Source: Balanoglossus misakiensis (taxonomy: Eukaryota; Animalia; Hemichordata). From it: DNA of 64,000 bases. Below the pieces are notes generated by a model that saw only the letters and a list, made by a program, of their open reading frames with translations, was not told the DNA's origin and did no database searches. The stretch spans positions 5,506,301 through 5,570,300 of the forward strand of contig CM082577.2 of the NCBI GenBank assembly GCA_040954595.2, read 5' to 3'. A program made the position numbers and the translations under genes. Of the stretch, positions 49,701-62,369 are shown one piece after another (the first letter of the stretch is position 1; each line of letters begins with the position of its first letter).

Positions 49701-52700
49701 CACGAGCGCCACTGTTCAGTTTACCACGTACTTTGGCAACAATGTCGTTGATGTCAGCATTACTGGTGGCTAGATAATCCTGGGGTGAAAAATCACAATT
49801 TGTTTTTGAAAAAAAAATCACACATACATATACACACACACTTTTGGGGGGGGGGAAACTTCCTCCATAAAAAATGAAAGTAAGACAAGCTTTACGATAC
49901 AGTTGATTCAATTATCTACCATCTAAACATTCTTAGAAAGCGTATGAAGACTACATGTATTTCATAATCAAAGTTTCTACACAATGTTATTATTTTCTGA
50001 AATTTTATGGTTGACATATTCTAGTATTTCAAGGGTGCACACTGTACATATCTGCCTGTTCATTGTATAATTCAAGCAATGTGCCCGGTCTTTCTGCAAA
50101 AGTCACCAAATTGCCAGAAAACATACAACAAAAAGTATAGGGGCCGTTTCATCCACCGATAACTTACAAGCAGCGTGCTGTTCTGAATGGCCTCAGCCAC
50201 GGCTGTTGTCCAGAAGGTGCTGCTCACGTTAAGTACCACCTGTCCCGGCCACTCCAAAACCCACTTGGTGCGTTCCGTCTGAGGGTAACTTTCAATGGAA
50301 TCCTTGATGCTCCGCCTCAGACTGCTCTTCATGATGTCCTCCACCTGCACCAACCATTTCTCAACCATACCCTGCAAAGGTCAAACGGAAAAGTACATAT
50401 TGAGAAACAATCGATGCTCCAGTTGAAAATGTGAACTTAGACAAGTCAGGCCAAAACATTAGAAACACCACGTGAAATTTAGTTTATTCTAAAGAACCCC
50501 TGAAATTCTGCAATAGTTTAAAATGCTGTATGCCTTAGATATAATGGTATGCATGTATACTGTTTTCTACATTAACCCTTTGAACGCCACAGTTTCTAAT
50601 ATGTGGTGAAACATTTAACATTTTCACTGATTTTTTTCTCTTTTCTCCCCTTTATTTTAGACTAGGTGCACATAATTTTCCATTGTCTTCAGATCTTAAT
50701 CAAAATTTGAGAAAAAATGTGAGAAAAGTTATGAGGGTTAATTTTTTGAAAGATGATGATAAACGATGAACCAACAGACAATTTACCTTTGCTTTGGCTG
50801 GGTAGATCTTGGTGACGAATGGCACCACTTCATTTTCTGAACTGATCATGCCGGTGATTTCCTGTTCCTCGGTGAACTCCAGCTTGGCGATGCCTTCAAA
50901 GCATTTCTTGAGATGGGGCTGTACACGCATGGGATCTTTGGTCTCGGACAAAATCTCCAACAGTTCATCGTTGGACAGGAAAAAGAATCTGTAGAGGGAA
51001 GATGAAGGTGTATGTAGTTGTAAAGTGGTACTGTTAACTGGAGGTTGGACAGTAATACAGACAAGGCAACCCATGGGGCAAGTCATCCACTGTGCACGTT
51101 AAAATGACTGTTCTATTTGCCGGAGGAAAGTCCACTGTAAGATTTGAGATTTTGCCGCTTCCTCCTTACCTTGGGAAGAACAGCCTTTTCTTCTCCAAGT
51201 AATTGTTGAGTCCTTTCTGGATTTCTTCCAACAAGACGTTGGATTCTTGCAATCGTCCCAACATGTTTGGTTGTGCTGTTGCCACTAAGGCATGCGTGTC
51301 TTTTATCTGAGGGAGGATGATGGATGTTGGGAATGTTTTATTTCTTTTGTAAGAACGAAAATAATTTAAATGTTAAGTTTTATTCCAGGAGCGTCTCAAA
51401 TTTCTCGATTTTCCTGTAATATACAAAACCTTTGAAATGTCTAGATAATTTAGTAATAAGTACATTTATCAGGGATTAAGAGACATTACAGTATTTGACT
51501 TTTAACTTCCACCTGGCAGTCAACAATCATTGTGGGAAAGATATGTTTTTAGGATTACTGAATGAATTAGAATACACAACAAAAGAGGGGTGATGTTTAT
51601 CGACACGTCAACAACCAGTGAACATTTACCGATTCTGTCATGATGTCCTTCCAGTAGCTATCCACAATTCCAAACTTGCGGCCTTCCTCGGGCATCTGGG
51701 CCATGATATCCTCGGAGCTGAAGATGGGTTCTAAGTACAGCCAAGTGGCCTGGCATTTCAGCCAGGCGTCCAAGATATCTTGCATGGTCACCAGTTTCTC
51801 CTCCCATTCCTAAAATAGTCGACATGAAAACAAAACAAATCAAAACAAAAATGGCATGAAAACAAAGCAAAACAACACAAAACAAAAACAAACAATCGTG
51901 AGAAATTATTGCTGTACATGCACGAGTTCCTGACATTGTTACGAGTTCAAGAACTGACCTTCATTTCCACTTCAAAAGGCTTGATGAACGGAGAGCCTCT
52001 CATGGTCTGTACTTTGACAATGTGATCATCCAGCAACATCTGAATGTCATCAACAGCTGACAGAATGGATACACCCTGGAAAAAGAAAATAACATTCATT
52101 TCACATAAATGATGATTGCTCACACATGACCACAGTTATGCAAATTTCAATGACTTTAATACTCAATTTGTTGAGATGCCAGGCTCAATTAATTTCTCCG
52201 ACTGAACTAAATTTGGACGCCAGAAATTATTTATGACTCAAATCAACATCAGTCTCTCATATCTAGAAATGCCCAACTCTCAAGAATTTTCAGAACTATT
52301 TCTATCTGTATCTAATGAGGATGTTTCTATCATTCTGCTGTGTGACCCCTCAAAGTTGTCCATAACTCTCTGTTGTCTTAGACCCTGCTGTATCTTTTGT
52401 CTACACTGTACACTCTCTGTACTGGTTCATCTAGACTGCCTGTGACTTGACACTGTATCTCTAAGACTGCCTGCAACTCTTCATTTTTAAACTCTACACT
52501 GTTCACTGCCCCTCAATATCTTAACCTCATCTCATTTTCGTCTGCTGGCATCTAATCTAACTCACTTACATCCTGTGAATAAAAGGAGAAAAAGAAAGAC
52601 TTGTAACAATCTCCGATCAATCAACCCAGTGTACCCACTTGGATCCATAATCCTATTTCAGTGTACCATCTTTACCCATCTGGGTTCATAACCCTAAACT

Positions 52701-55700
52701 AGTCCACCCTCTAAAACATGTCAAAATTTTTCAGTATTACCACCTATGAACCTCAGAGGAAAGACTTACAGTGTCTCTGTACTGGACAAATTCAAACTGG
52801 ACGTCTGCCCATTCCGTCTTCATCTTTTCCATGGCTTTCTCCAGGGAATATTCCTTGCTGGCCGCGCCTCCGATCTCTTCCAGCCTGAAACCAGAAAGGA
52901 GAAGAAAATCAATTCCGGGTGCCCATTCCCAGGAATGAAAGCCTAAGGGTTTCTGGGACATAACTGTAATCAGTATCACAGACTGCAAACTTTTACCTTT
53001 TTTCTCTCGTCACTCAGGATGACAACATTAATCGGAAATTGTTGACTACATCCCATCTTTACTTACTTTTCCAGGTGTTTTGTGAGTCCGATCTCAACCA
53101 TTTGGAAGAGCGAAGTATCAGCCTCTGGTTTCAAATCATAGCCAACGATGTCACTCATCTGTAAACAGAAGACAATCATGAACAAAGTGTTTGAACCATG
53201 CCGTTGTTTGTCTGCCACAGTTTGAAACTGTCACGGTCGATGCAAGGTCGACCAGACCTGCGTTTGTTGCTTGAAAATTCACACAGATGGGATGTATGGG
53301 GATATATTACACGCTTGGGACACAGAATCACAACACACAACAACTGACCTGTTCCCAATGTCTGTCCCTGATACCGGGGTTACAGATGACGCCCAGTAAC
53401 GTGTTGTGTTGTTTGAACTTGTCGATCTTTCCCTTGACCGTGTTCGCGATGCGCTGCGGTCCCGGCTGCTCGTTGAACGTCTTGCCCAGTTTGTAGACTG
53501 TACGCCACATGTTGCCCACTTCTTCCTCCACCTCCTCAGCGTCCAGATCTTGGAATGGACCTGGGTGATAGGGGGGAAGAATAGCGTCAGTGACACTGTA
53601 GCTCCCGTATGCATCACAAGTGAAACCAGAGAACCAAACTGCATCTCAGTATTCTCACACGCACATGCATGTACTCTGACAGACTCGTATTAATATTTGT
53701 CAAAAATCTGTCATGAGAGAACTTATCTTTCTTTTCTTTATACACAAGTAAATGAAATCATAAGCTGAACAACAAAAACCTCCCGGATTAAACAGAGCCA
53801 CAACTTAACTCTTGAACCAGATTCGGTAGTAAAATCTTCCGAACGATGTCATAGGTCACATGAGGTCACTGATTAAGAAAGTTGTATACAAAGGTGGAAC
53901 TGGCCTACATGTATACGCATCCAAATGTTTGACAAGACATGAGTGATGGTCGGGACATCAATGCTTACCATTCATCCATTTCTCGTAGCTGGTGTGGAAT
54001 TTCAGCGCGGTGTTCCACAGTTGATCGTAGGGCAATTTCAACTGGAACATGGACTGAAGGATGGGGAACTGCGTCGGTTCCCACTCCAGGAGTTCCTCCT
54101 CCTTATTGATGGCTTCCAGCTCGTCCCGAGCATCTTCCAGTTTCTTCTGCAAGTTGGCCAGCTGGTCCACGTTGGATTTCATTTCATCCATGCTCATTAT
54201 CTGCAGGGGGAGAAAATTGGACTATAATCATGCAGCAAAGATGCGGACATCAAAGTCTTTGTTGCACTGCTTTCAAGCAGGTTTCAAAGGATGCTATGTA
54301 GGGAGACTCATTGGCCCCAAACAAATTGGCACACTGAAACCCTTTTGTATTCTCAACAAATTTTGTTCCTATTGACATTTCCTTGTACACTCTGAAGTAT
54401 GTTGAAATGCTTCATAATTATTCTTCTTGTCAACACAGTCAGTATACGTTTAAATGTAATGGCTATCATGAATATTAACAACTAAACTTTACATCCAGCC
54501 TTTAATGCAGTAAATCACTTGTGGATGAGTGAAAAGAGGCAATTTCTGGTGAGAACACTCCACACAGGATTAAAAAAAATGCAACAGAAAAATGATATAA
54601 AAAATAATGCACTGTGGTGTAGATATAATCACCCTGCATCTCAAACTCAACCCAGAATAACAAAAATTATCTTAAAACGAGAGCCTGAATGTTTTTTTTG
54701 TGTGATTAGAAAAGTATATGCGGTGATGAAACAGAAGTCTGTCACCAGTGAGGAAGAGATAGGATATTCTCTGTTCAGTATTAAAAGACTATCAGAAAGT
54801 GACTCTGAAAAGACTGTGAAAGGAAACAAACATATATTTGGTGTTGTTGTTGTTATTATCAGCAAAAGGAAAAGGTTGTGAGACACACAAACCGCAGTAC
54901 TGACACAGACGAATACTTACTCTTGGCTATCAGAGGCATATCATTAACACCAAGATCAGGGAAAAATAACATTAACAGAAGCATTAAAGACATGTTCCAT
55001 TAAATCATTATTCACAGTACCATCACCAAGAGAGCAGTTACTGATATATATAAACACAAGGGATGTTTCCAGGCGGGAACGAGGGCCTTGTTACAGTAAT
55101 GGGATTTATACATAGGTTTTGCAATAACTTCTCGGATGGGTTAAGCACAGAAATATCTAGATGGGTAGGAGGGTGTATTTCTAATCATAGTAAGGCAACA
55201 AGCCTTATATGAATTTAGACTTATGCAAATTACAAACTTGAACACAGAATTGTGCAAAACTATAACTTCACAAGGACTTGTGTCTAAGTGAAGTATCTTC
55301 AATGATTTTGAAATACATGTATCTGCATTATGAAACACCTGTTAATATTTTTGGCTAAAAATGTTTGTTAGTTGGAAAGCAGGAGCTTATTCTTCATTTT
55401 ATAGTTAATAGAGCTGCTAGTCAATGGGAGTATTCAAAATCTAGAAAAGCTTCCCTAACCTACTGAATCACACAAAAGACATACACACCTCTTTCTTTCT
55501 GAAAGAATCCACTTCTTTGCTGTACTCATGCAGTTTGGCTTCAAAGTTTTCCACCTTCTTGCGAACTTCTTCCTCTGCCGACTCTCGTCTGTTTGTGAAC
55601 CGTGTTTTCGACAGCTCAAAGACAGTCTGGATGTGATCGGGCCAATGGAACACAGTGCTGTTCAGTTTGATATCCTCGTCTACAGAAAGAAAAACAAATT

Positions 55701-58700
55701 ATCTCATTTTCCGTCGAACAGATAGTTTGATCAAAACATTCAGATTAAAATGAAGAACTTTGCATTTTTATTCCAAAAGTCTTCATTTAGTCTTTGTTAA
55801 ACATTTTCCTGATGTAATCATGGTGTGTTTTTTTTCATTTTTTGCAAATAAACAACTCTTTCATTTACATACTAACTGTCCAAAACACATTCGTATGAAC
55901 GTACATGTATATAGTCTTTTGTTTGTACCACAGGTAATTTGAATTCTGGCTTTCATCTATCATGTCTTTATCTGTTTTTTTAAATCAACATGAAGCATCA
56001 ATAATGGTGATTTTTTCAAGATGTTCTAAAAGTGTCAGGTTAAAAAAAGGGGGAAATTTTAACTAGATCAAAAATCGTAGATACGGTTGTTGCTTACATG
56101 GAAGAGTTGCATAGTCAAGAAGGAAGTCCAGCCTGTTAGCAGCCTCGTCGATCTCATCTTTCAGTTTGAACACCAGCACATCGTGCGCTTGCCTCAGATA
56201 ATCTGTGAGATTCACCAGTTCTTCAGTTGTCTCAGGAGTCTCGCTGACTCTGTCCGAGATTTCGTCGTAACGGCGACAAATACTGTTGATAAGCAAAAAC
56301 ATAAGTCTCAGTAGTTAGTTCTAATTAATCTGTGTAATCCATCTAAGAGATAAAATCCGAAAATTTGGACTTTTATGGTTAAAAGGGTGTCTTCGAATGA
56401 CTGTTTAGTGGCGCACTATTTTCACATGGCCACCCCACGAAAATCTGTGATTGGCTAGATAGTAACTTTCCATGGTAACTGTGGCTAAAGCTGCATAGGC
56501 GACTGAATACTTAAATGTCATGCTTTCATTAAACCTGACAACTTGAAAGGTAATTTATTTGACTGTGATTCTTCACTTTGAAAACAAACTGTATTTTATT
56601 TTGAATTCATTTTTCACAAACAAAAAGTTGTATCATTATTGTCCACACATAATGAAAAAATTTCAAAAACACTCAATGTCGTTCTTACTCTTTGTTCAGT
56701 TTCCTGTTCTCTTCCACCTCAAAGGCGACCAATCGGTCCTTCAACTTCTGCGCCCGGGCACAGAGGTCGGCGTTGAGGGCGATGCAGTCCAGACAGAACA
56801 TGCTGAGGGGCACGGTGATCCTCAAGAGAGCGATCTCCTCCTTCAAGGCGTGGTATCCGTCGATCTTCTTGCGGAATGCTTCCAAGGAGTGCATCTCCTT
56901 CAAGAATGCTGTCACGTCTTGCTCGGCCTTGTTGTTGAGGAGATCGTGGTACCTCTTGTAGGTATTGAGATATCTGTTGGACACATAAAACGGCGCGAAC
57001 ATCAATTTCCCCTCTCTTGCCTCAAAATATTTCAATAGTCGACGTAAGTTTCCATTTTCCTTACCTGGTTGGTCCCAGTGTGTTCAATTTGAATATCTCC
57101 ATAGCTTGGTCGATGAAGTTCGTCACCAGTTGTTCGTCAATTTTCACAGACCTAAGGAGTAACCTCTGACCCCTCATGTCTGGAAAAATATCGCATTCCA
57201 CCTGAAATATCAATGATACGTAACAATTAGCAATATTTTATACAGGTATGAAAGTGAATTTCACATCATGTCCATAAAGATTTCACACTAAAAGCAGATG
57301 TCTATTATTATCATATATCGTTCTTATTTTTTAAAGAATGGTTTACAGGCTATGAAATTACAGTTAACTGGTTAATAATATACACATATCACCAATCGTA
57401 ATGTGAGTGCACTTACTCTAGGAAGTCCTTCTGCGCTGGCAATAATCTGTGAGAAACATCTGAGGATGATATCCCGACAATCTCGGAATGGTGGTTCGAA
57501 GACAATCTTTGGTTCCTCCACTTTCAGTTTGATGATCATCACTTGCGCCATGTTGTACTGTAATTCGTTGTATTCATCACCAAAGTCGTTGCCCTCCTGC
57601 AGATGTAAAAATGTGTCAATGGCACTGCGCTCACATTTTGATGCGAATTTGCACATGTATGTATATGTATGGCATACTTGGTCTCATTCTAATGAAGTAA
57701 GTTATGACACACAACTGATTCAACCCTGGAGAAAAGCAGTAGATAGCCACACAATTGATGGAAACACCATCACCAGAAATTTAATTTCAATAAACTGAAT
57801 TCTGAAACATGCCAGACGACAGTTACACAGTGAATTCTTCAATGTTTCTACTGTGAATTTAACCAATTTGTTGCCATGTGACAAACAGAATCTCACACAC
57901 CAAAGGAACTGGGATAAAAGTTATCACACTCATCCGAAATATTTGTCTCACGCCGTTATCAGCAACTTGTGCGAGACGAAACATTCTCCAACTCGTGTGA
58001 GAAATCCAATCCCTGGTACTTAGGGGTGCCGAGATTCTGTTAATCCCGGAAATCGTCTCACCTTGTGAATTTGGAAGAAAGTCAAGAAATCAGAGAGTGA
58101 GTTGATGACCATGCCTCTCAACTGAATGGACATCAATGCAGCCACACAGGCAAAGAATTCCTGAACTCTCAGTGTGGATTCGGTCTCATTCTGTGGCACT
58201 AAATGAGCCCACAGTTCCTTCTTTGCCAGAAACATCTGCGCACACGTGGGAATCCAACTACAAGGGTAAACAAACACAAATGATAGTTATCATTTTGTCT
58301 CTAAAACATTCTTACATCAGAAAACAGGCAAAATTATATTAAAGCAATTGTGATATTTCTAGAAAAAAAAAATAACTCTCTTGATTTAATTATCAGGATA
58401 TTTCTAGACATTCTGTCTATATTCCGACAATTCTTGACAATGTCAACATATCATGTTTTTTTGATCATTGTCACCATTCCAGAACTGACACATTTCATTG
58501 GTCAATAGGTGGCACTGTCACAACCAATCAGATACTGCGATACATCCAATTTGCATATACTCACATTGTTCTGAGTATTTCGTGTGCTTCTTTGCAGTGT
58601 CTTTTCACCAAGTCTTCAAATTCATTGGGCAACAGAGGAAGTTCTGCCGCCATCAGGTCTTCAAGACGAGCAAATCTCAGGTGACTGAATCTGCAAGGAT

Positions 58701-61700
58701 AAAAGTTGACAAATCTTTAAAACTTGAACTACAGTTATTACCATTCTTTCGGTGTGAAACTCCTATTCAGTAAAATATGCTGTATTTCATACTAGCATTT
58801 GACTTTTTGTTCACCATCACAAAACACAACAAAGTTTTCATGTGATTTGGGTCAACATATACTACAGTGAAACCTGTGTTACTGGCCACCTCTGTATAGT
58901 GGAAACTTGTCTATAGTGGCCGGATGGTTCACTTATTATACATGCGCATTAACTTACCTGTCTTTAAAGGCCATTTGTCTATAAAGTCCAGTTTAAGAAA
59001 GTCCCTTGACTGGCTGCTATAGGCAGGTTTTATTTTATACGAGAGGACCTGACAATTAGAAGATATAGAAGCCACTTACCTGTCATACCAGAGATTCTGC
59101 AGCTCTAGCATGATGGGGTTGGTCATAAACAGGTGCATTTCATTCAGCTGCTTACACTCGCTGTACGTTTGGTGCCAGGGAACGGGCGCACGGATAATCC
59201 GCCACGGGAACGACCTGGGTATCCAGTCGATGTGAAGCCGTCGCTTCTCCTCGGGATCTTTGAGGATGTAGTCAACTGTTGGGTGGAAAAAAACAACAAC
59301 AACACAGTCATGGAATTGTTGTAGACTGGAAGATTCAGTCTTGTGTGTGTGTGCTCCCAAACCAGATGTCATAGGTCAAAAGTCACAGGGTGCAGGAGTG
59401 TGTTGCACTTGACATTGAACATGGTGTAATTTTCGACACCGGCCGGGACACTGTAATTGCCACACTGTCACATCTGTTTCGACTTTGCCTACGGGCACAC
59501 AAACTATGTTAGGACATATCACAGTACTGGAGTCTACGACTACACCAACATGTAAACCTGCAAAATGAATATTTACCTATGGATTTGCGAAGACTGAATT
59601 CGTAGTCGTTGTCAACCTCACAAATCAACTCCTTGCGCATGAGGTCCAGTTCCGGGTCCTCTTTGGTTTTCTTCGACAGCCTGGTGAATATATTCCCCAT
59701 CATCTCCACTGGCTGTGGAGCGAGCATGTCACCGCTGACCCCTTTGGTGATGTAGTAGTGGTATCGCTGTGTGCGGTGAGAAAAATTGACACTCAGATTT
59801 TAGTATTTTGGCTTTAATCTTAAAACAGGGAAAAACTGTTATCCTTGTTCATCTGGAAATGCTTTCCGTTCTGAGTGAGAAGAAATATCATTCTGCACAT
59901 CTATGCGCATTGAACCATGGGTTTAATATTCTATTACTACAGTTCTCCTCTCATACTTCTTGAAGACATGACAAATTATTACTTGGTATTTAGCTGTCCT
60001 GAGCTATTTAAATAACTAGACTCGGAGATCAAGGTATGCAAAGAAAATCGTGATACATATTCTACAATGCAGCGGTTATGTAGGATTTGTGAAATCCCCC
60101 CCCCCCCAGATTTGCATCAAAGAGACATGCTGAAAATAACACACACACACATGGACTTTGGTTGGTAGCAGTTTTAAAAAATACAAACACCAACAACAAT
60201 GTTTATAATCCCTATACATATATAATACAACAACGGGCACTGCATTTAGTCCAAACTATCAGAGTAAAACACCTCAGTATCAATGTAACAAATTCATGTA
60301 TACGAAGGTTCTATCGTCAACTGCCAATTTTTATGGAAGTTGCCTTAAGCTTACGGTAATACACATCACATGCTGAATGTTATTTTCGTGAAATTTGGAC
60401 TAAAAAAACACAAAGGCATGCCTGGTGGGAAAGACTTGGTTTAGGGCTGCATGTACATGTACACATCCAATTCAAGACAATATTGTGATATGGTCGGGTA
60501 TCAACAAAGACTGGCAAACCGCACTCAGGTTTCAGACACTGCTATCGAAATACCTTTTTTTTGTTATGCATGGCTGATTATTCCAATGGATACCTAGATG
60601 AAAACAGCTAGTACACATACACCAATAGAGTTGTCAGGTTACAGATATTTACCAAGTTACTGGCTTTCTGACTGGTTATTTTTTTCAAAACATGCACAGG
60701 CGGATTATGACTATTAAAACTTTCAATTTCACATCTCACAAGGGCCTAATGAGATAACCTTTCATGCAGATAATTTTCATCCACACCATGCAAAAATCAA
60801 CAACTTCCCAGTCACTGCTGACAAAAATGGTCAAGCAATGACAAACTTTTCATTTTCTAAACATAAGAATGTGAGAATTAGCCATTGTTGATGACATAGT
60901 CCCAGCTGAGAAAACGAGCTGATATGAACATCTGAGTATTTGAAAGAAATCATTTTGGGGGATAGCTAAGAACTGAACAGGCACGTAAGTCATGAACGAG
61001 TTGAAATCAGCACCAAATGGCAGCATGCGACATGCAGGGATAACAATAAAACAAGCTTTATTACCCCCATGTCTCTATCCGTTGGATCACCAACTGTTTC
61101 ATTCTCTTTTTTCTCTTCGTCCATAATGATGTCCATCTGTTCCACTGGAGTCATTGGACGGCTGGGAGGCAGCTCCACCCTCCAGCTGGTGTCGTCAACA
61201 CTACGAGCAAAAAAAAAAAATCATCTTTTGTACTCAGATCATAAAGTGTGCTTTCAACACAATGCTATACTCTGTTTATCTCAATATATCGTCTGACTTT
61301 ATTCATAAAAAGAAATGAGGTTACATCAGAGTTGAGAATCACAATTTGGACTAATAATACTGTCATGCTCGATAAAGAGATGGCAGTTACATGTACACTT
61401 ACGTTGGTTTGGCTCTTCCAACAAAAGTTTTGGCTTTATGGCCCATGACGGGCGCCTTTGGAGGCGAGATGCCATTTGTGCCATTGAACGTCCCGTTGAG
61501 TCCATTACGGGGTGAGAGTTTGGCTGGTGGTGGCGATCTGGGTGATATTCTGGTAGCTGTGTAGATTATGCAGTTAAAGAAACGATACACTCAGTGTGAT
61601 GAAAATATATTTAAATCATTATCAGAATTGATGAAATTGTTTCTGTGTAATTTTCTTCGCCAAGACGAAAAGCACCCTCTAACAAAAACAGACCAACTGC

Positions 61701-62369
61701 AGAATTTGTAATGTTTTTTTTTTTTTAGGAGAAAAGAATATTGTAGCAAACAGTTTGAATTATTGATGTCCTTTGCCCTCAGTGCTGTCACTGTCTATTC
61801 AAAATTGTACACAGTTGTCTTCTTTGTAAAAATCAATAGAGCAAAAACAGTTTAATAGTGGTGTTCCAGTCGAAATACCGACTTTTGTCTGTTTGTGTTC
61901 ACTAGTAACAGGTTGTCATAGGATTTCTATTAAATCTAAAGCTATTCTTTCTGATTTGCTTTATTGAATGAGCTGAGGGGACACTTACATCAACATGACC
62001 CCCTAGCTTTATGGCATTTCTATATACATACCAACACTTCTCCACTTGTATGATTTCCAAAGGTTTACTTACACATTTGTCAATATAGATAACAAATAAC
62101 AGGAAGAAAACTTGAAAATTTGATGTCGCTCATCATAAAAGGATACGTGAGTGGGTCCTTTTCCTGGTGATGGCAGGCTGCGTGTACGATCTCCCGAAAA
62201 GGCTGGTCTTTGGTAGGCTTTTGATTTTGAGATCGTTTGCAGACGGGGTGTAGTTATTGGCGATGGACTCGCTGGGAGTGCGGTGGTATTTCTGTTCTTT
62301 GAATGGTGCTGCCAGCGTCCAGGACGTCCCTTTCATTATCGGCGGATGTTCACTGTTTCTGAGAACAAT
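28709..62369 (-). CDS. DNAH3: Dynein axonemal heavy chain 3 (inner-arm dynein); many exons; 5' end not located
   Basis: Continuous spliced frame from [40 protein letters not shown] (recalled as DNAH3-type N-terminus) through [17 protein letters not shown]1 GPAGTGKT (49208-49231) and CFDEFNR, AAA2 [11 protein letters not shown]3 [11 protein letters not shown]4 GIGGSGRQ, the stalk, and WVVLQNCHL, to [15 protein letters not shown] (TAG 28709-28711). Junctions inspected were frame-consistent. Confidence 0.93.
30937..30959. repeat. (CA)n microsatellite in a DNAH3 intron
   Basis: About 11 CA units; shorter (CA)n near 29108-29123 and (GA)n near 43705-43719. Confidence 0.9.
37389..37836 (-). other. 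GC-AG intron in the DNAH3 stalk region
   Basis: Minus strand AAGAAGGAG|GCGAGT ... CTGCAACAG|GTGGTATCA gives KKE|VVSADE in frame. Confidence 0.85.
42727..42770. promoter_or_regulatory. Pair of RFX X-box-like motifs in a DNAH3 intron
   Basis: GTAACTATGGAAAC (42727-42740) and ATGACCATAGTAAC (42757-42770) resemble GTTNCCATGGNAAC. Confidence 0.35.
45190..45298. mobile_element. Truncated pogo/Tigger-like MITE end
   Basis: Ends in AGGCAGGTTTCACTG, the reverse complement of the terminus at 58865. Has an internal inverted pair TATTAAGGACA / TGTCCTTAATA. Confidence 0.55.
50572..50741. mobile_element. Possible degenerate piggyBac-like MITE
   Basis: TTAACCCT ... AGGGTTAA ends; only ~8 bp of inverted match. 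Confidence 0.25.
52570..52572 (-). other. Candidate 3-nt microexon (GAT, Asp) of DNAH3
   Basis: TCTTTCTTTTTCTCCTTTTATTCACAG|GAT|GTAAGT inside a phase-0 intron. Confidence 0.5.
54921..54926 (-). other. Candidate 6-nt microexon (CCA AGA, Pro-Arg) of DNAH3
   Basis: ~112-nt AG-free zone, then ...ATGCCTCTGATAG|CCAAGA|GTAAGTA, inside a phase-0 intron. Confidence 0.55.
58863..59037. mobile_element. ~170-bp MITE, Tc1/mariner-pogo type (TA target duplication)
   Basis: TA-CAGTGAAACCTG ... CAGGTTTTATTT-TA imperfect TIRs; related end at 45284-45298. Confidence 0.65.

Noticed and set aside
58952-58963. CAG|GTAAGT recursive-site-like motif on the minus strand
   Set aside because: Inside a MITE and lacks a polypyrimidine tract.
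61989-62002. AG-14 nt-GTAAGT microexon-like site (and a 2-nt one near 62472)
   Set aside because: Not frame-preserving and no pyrimidine tract or AG-free zone.
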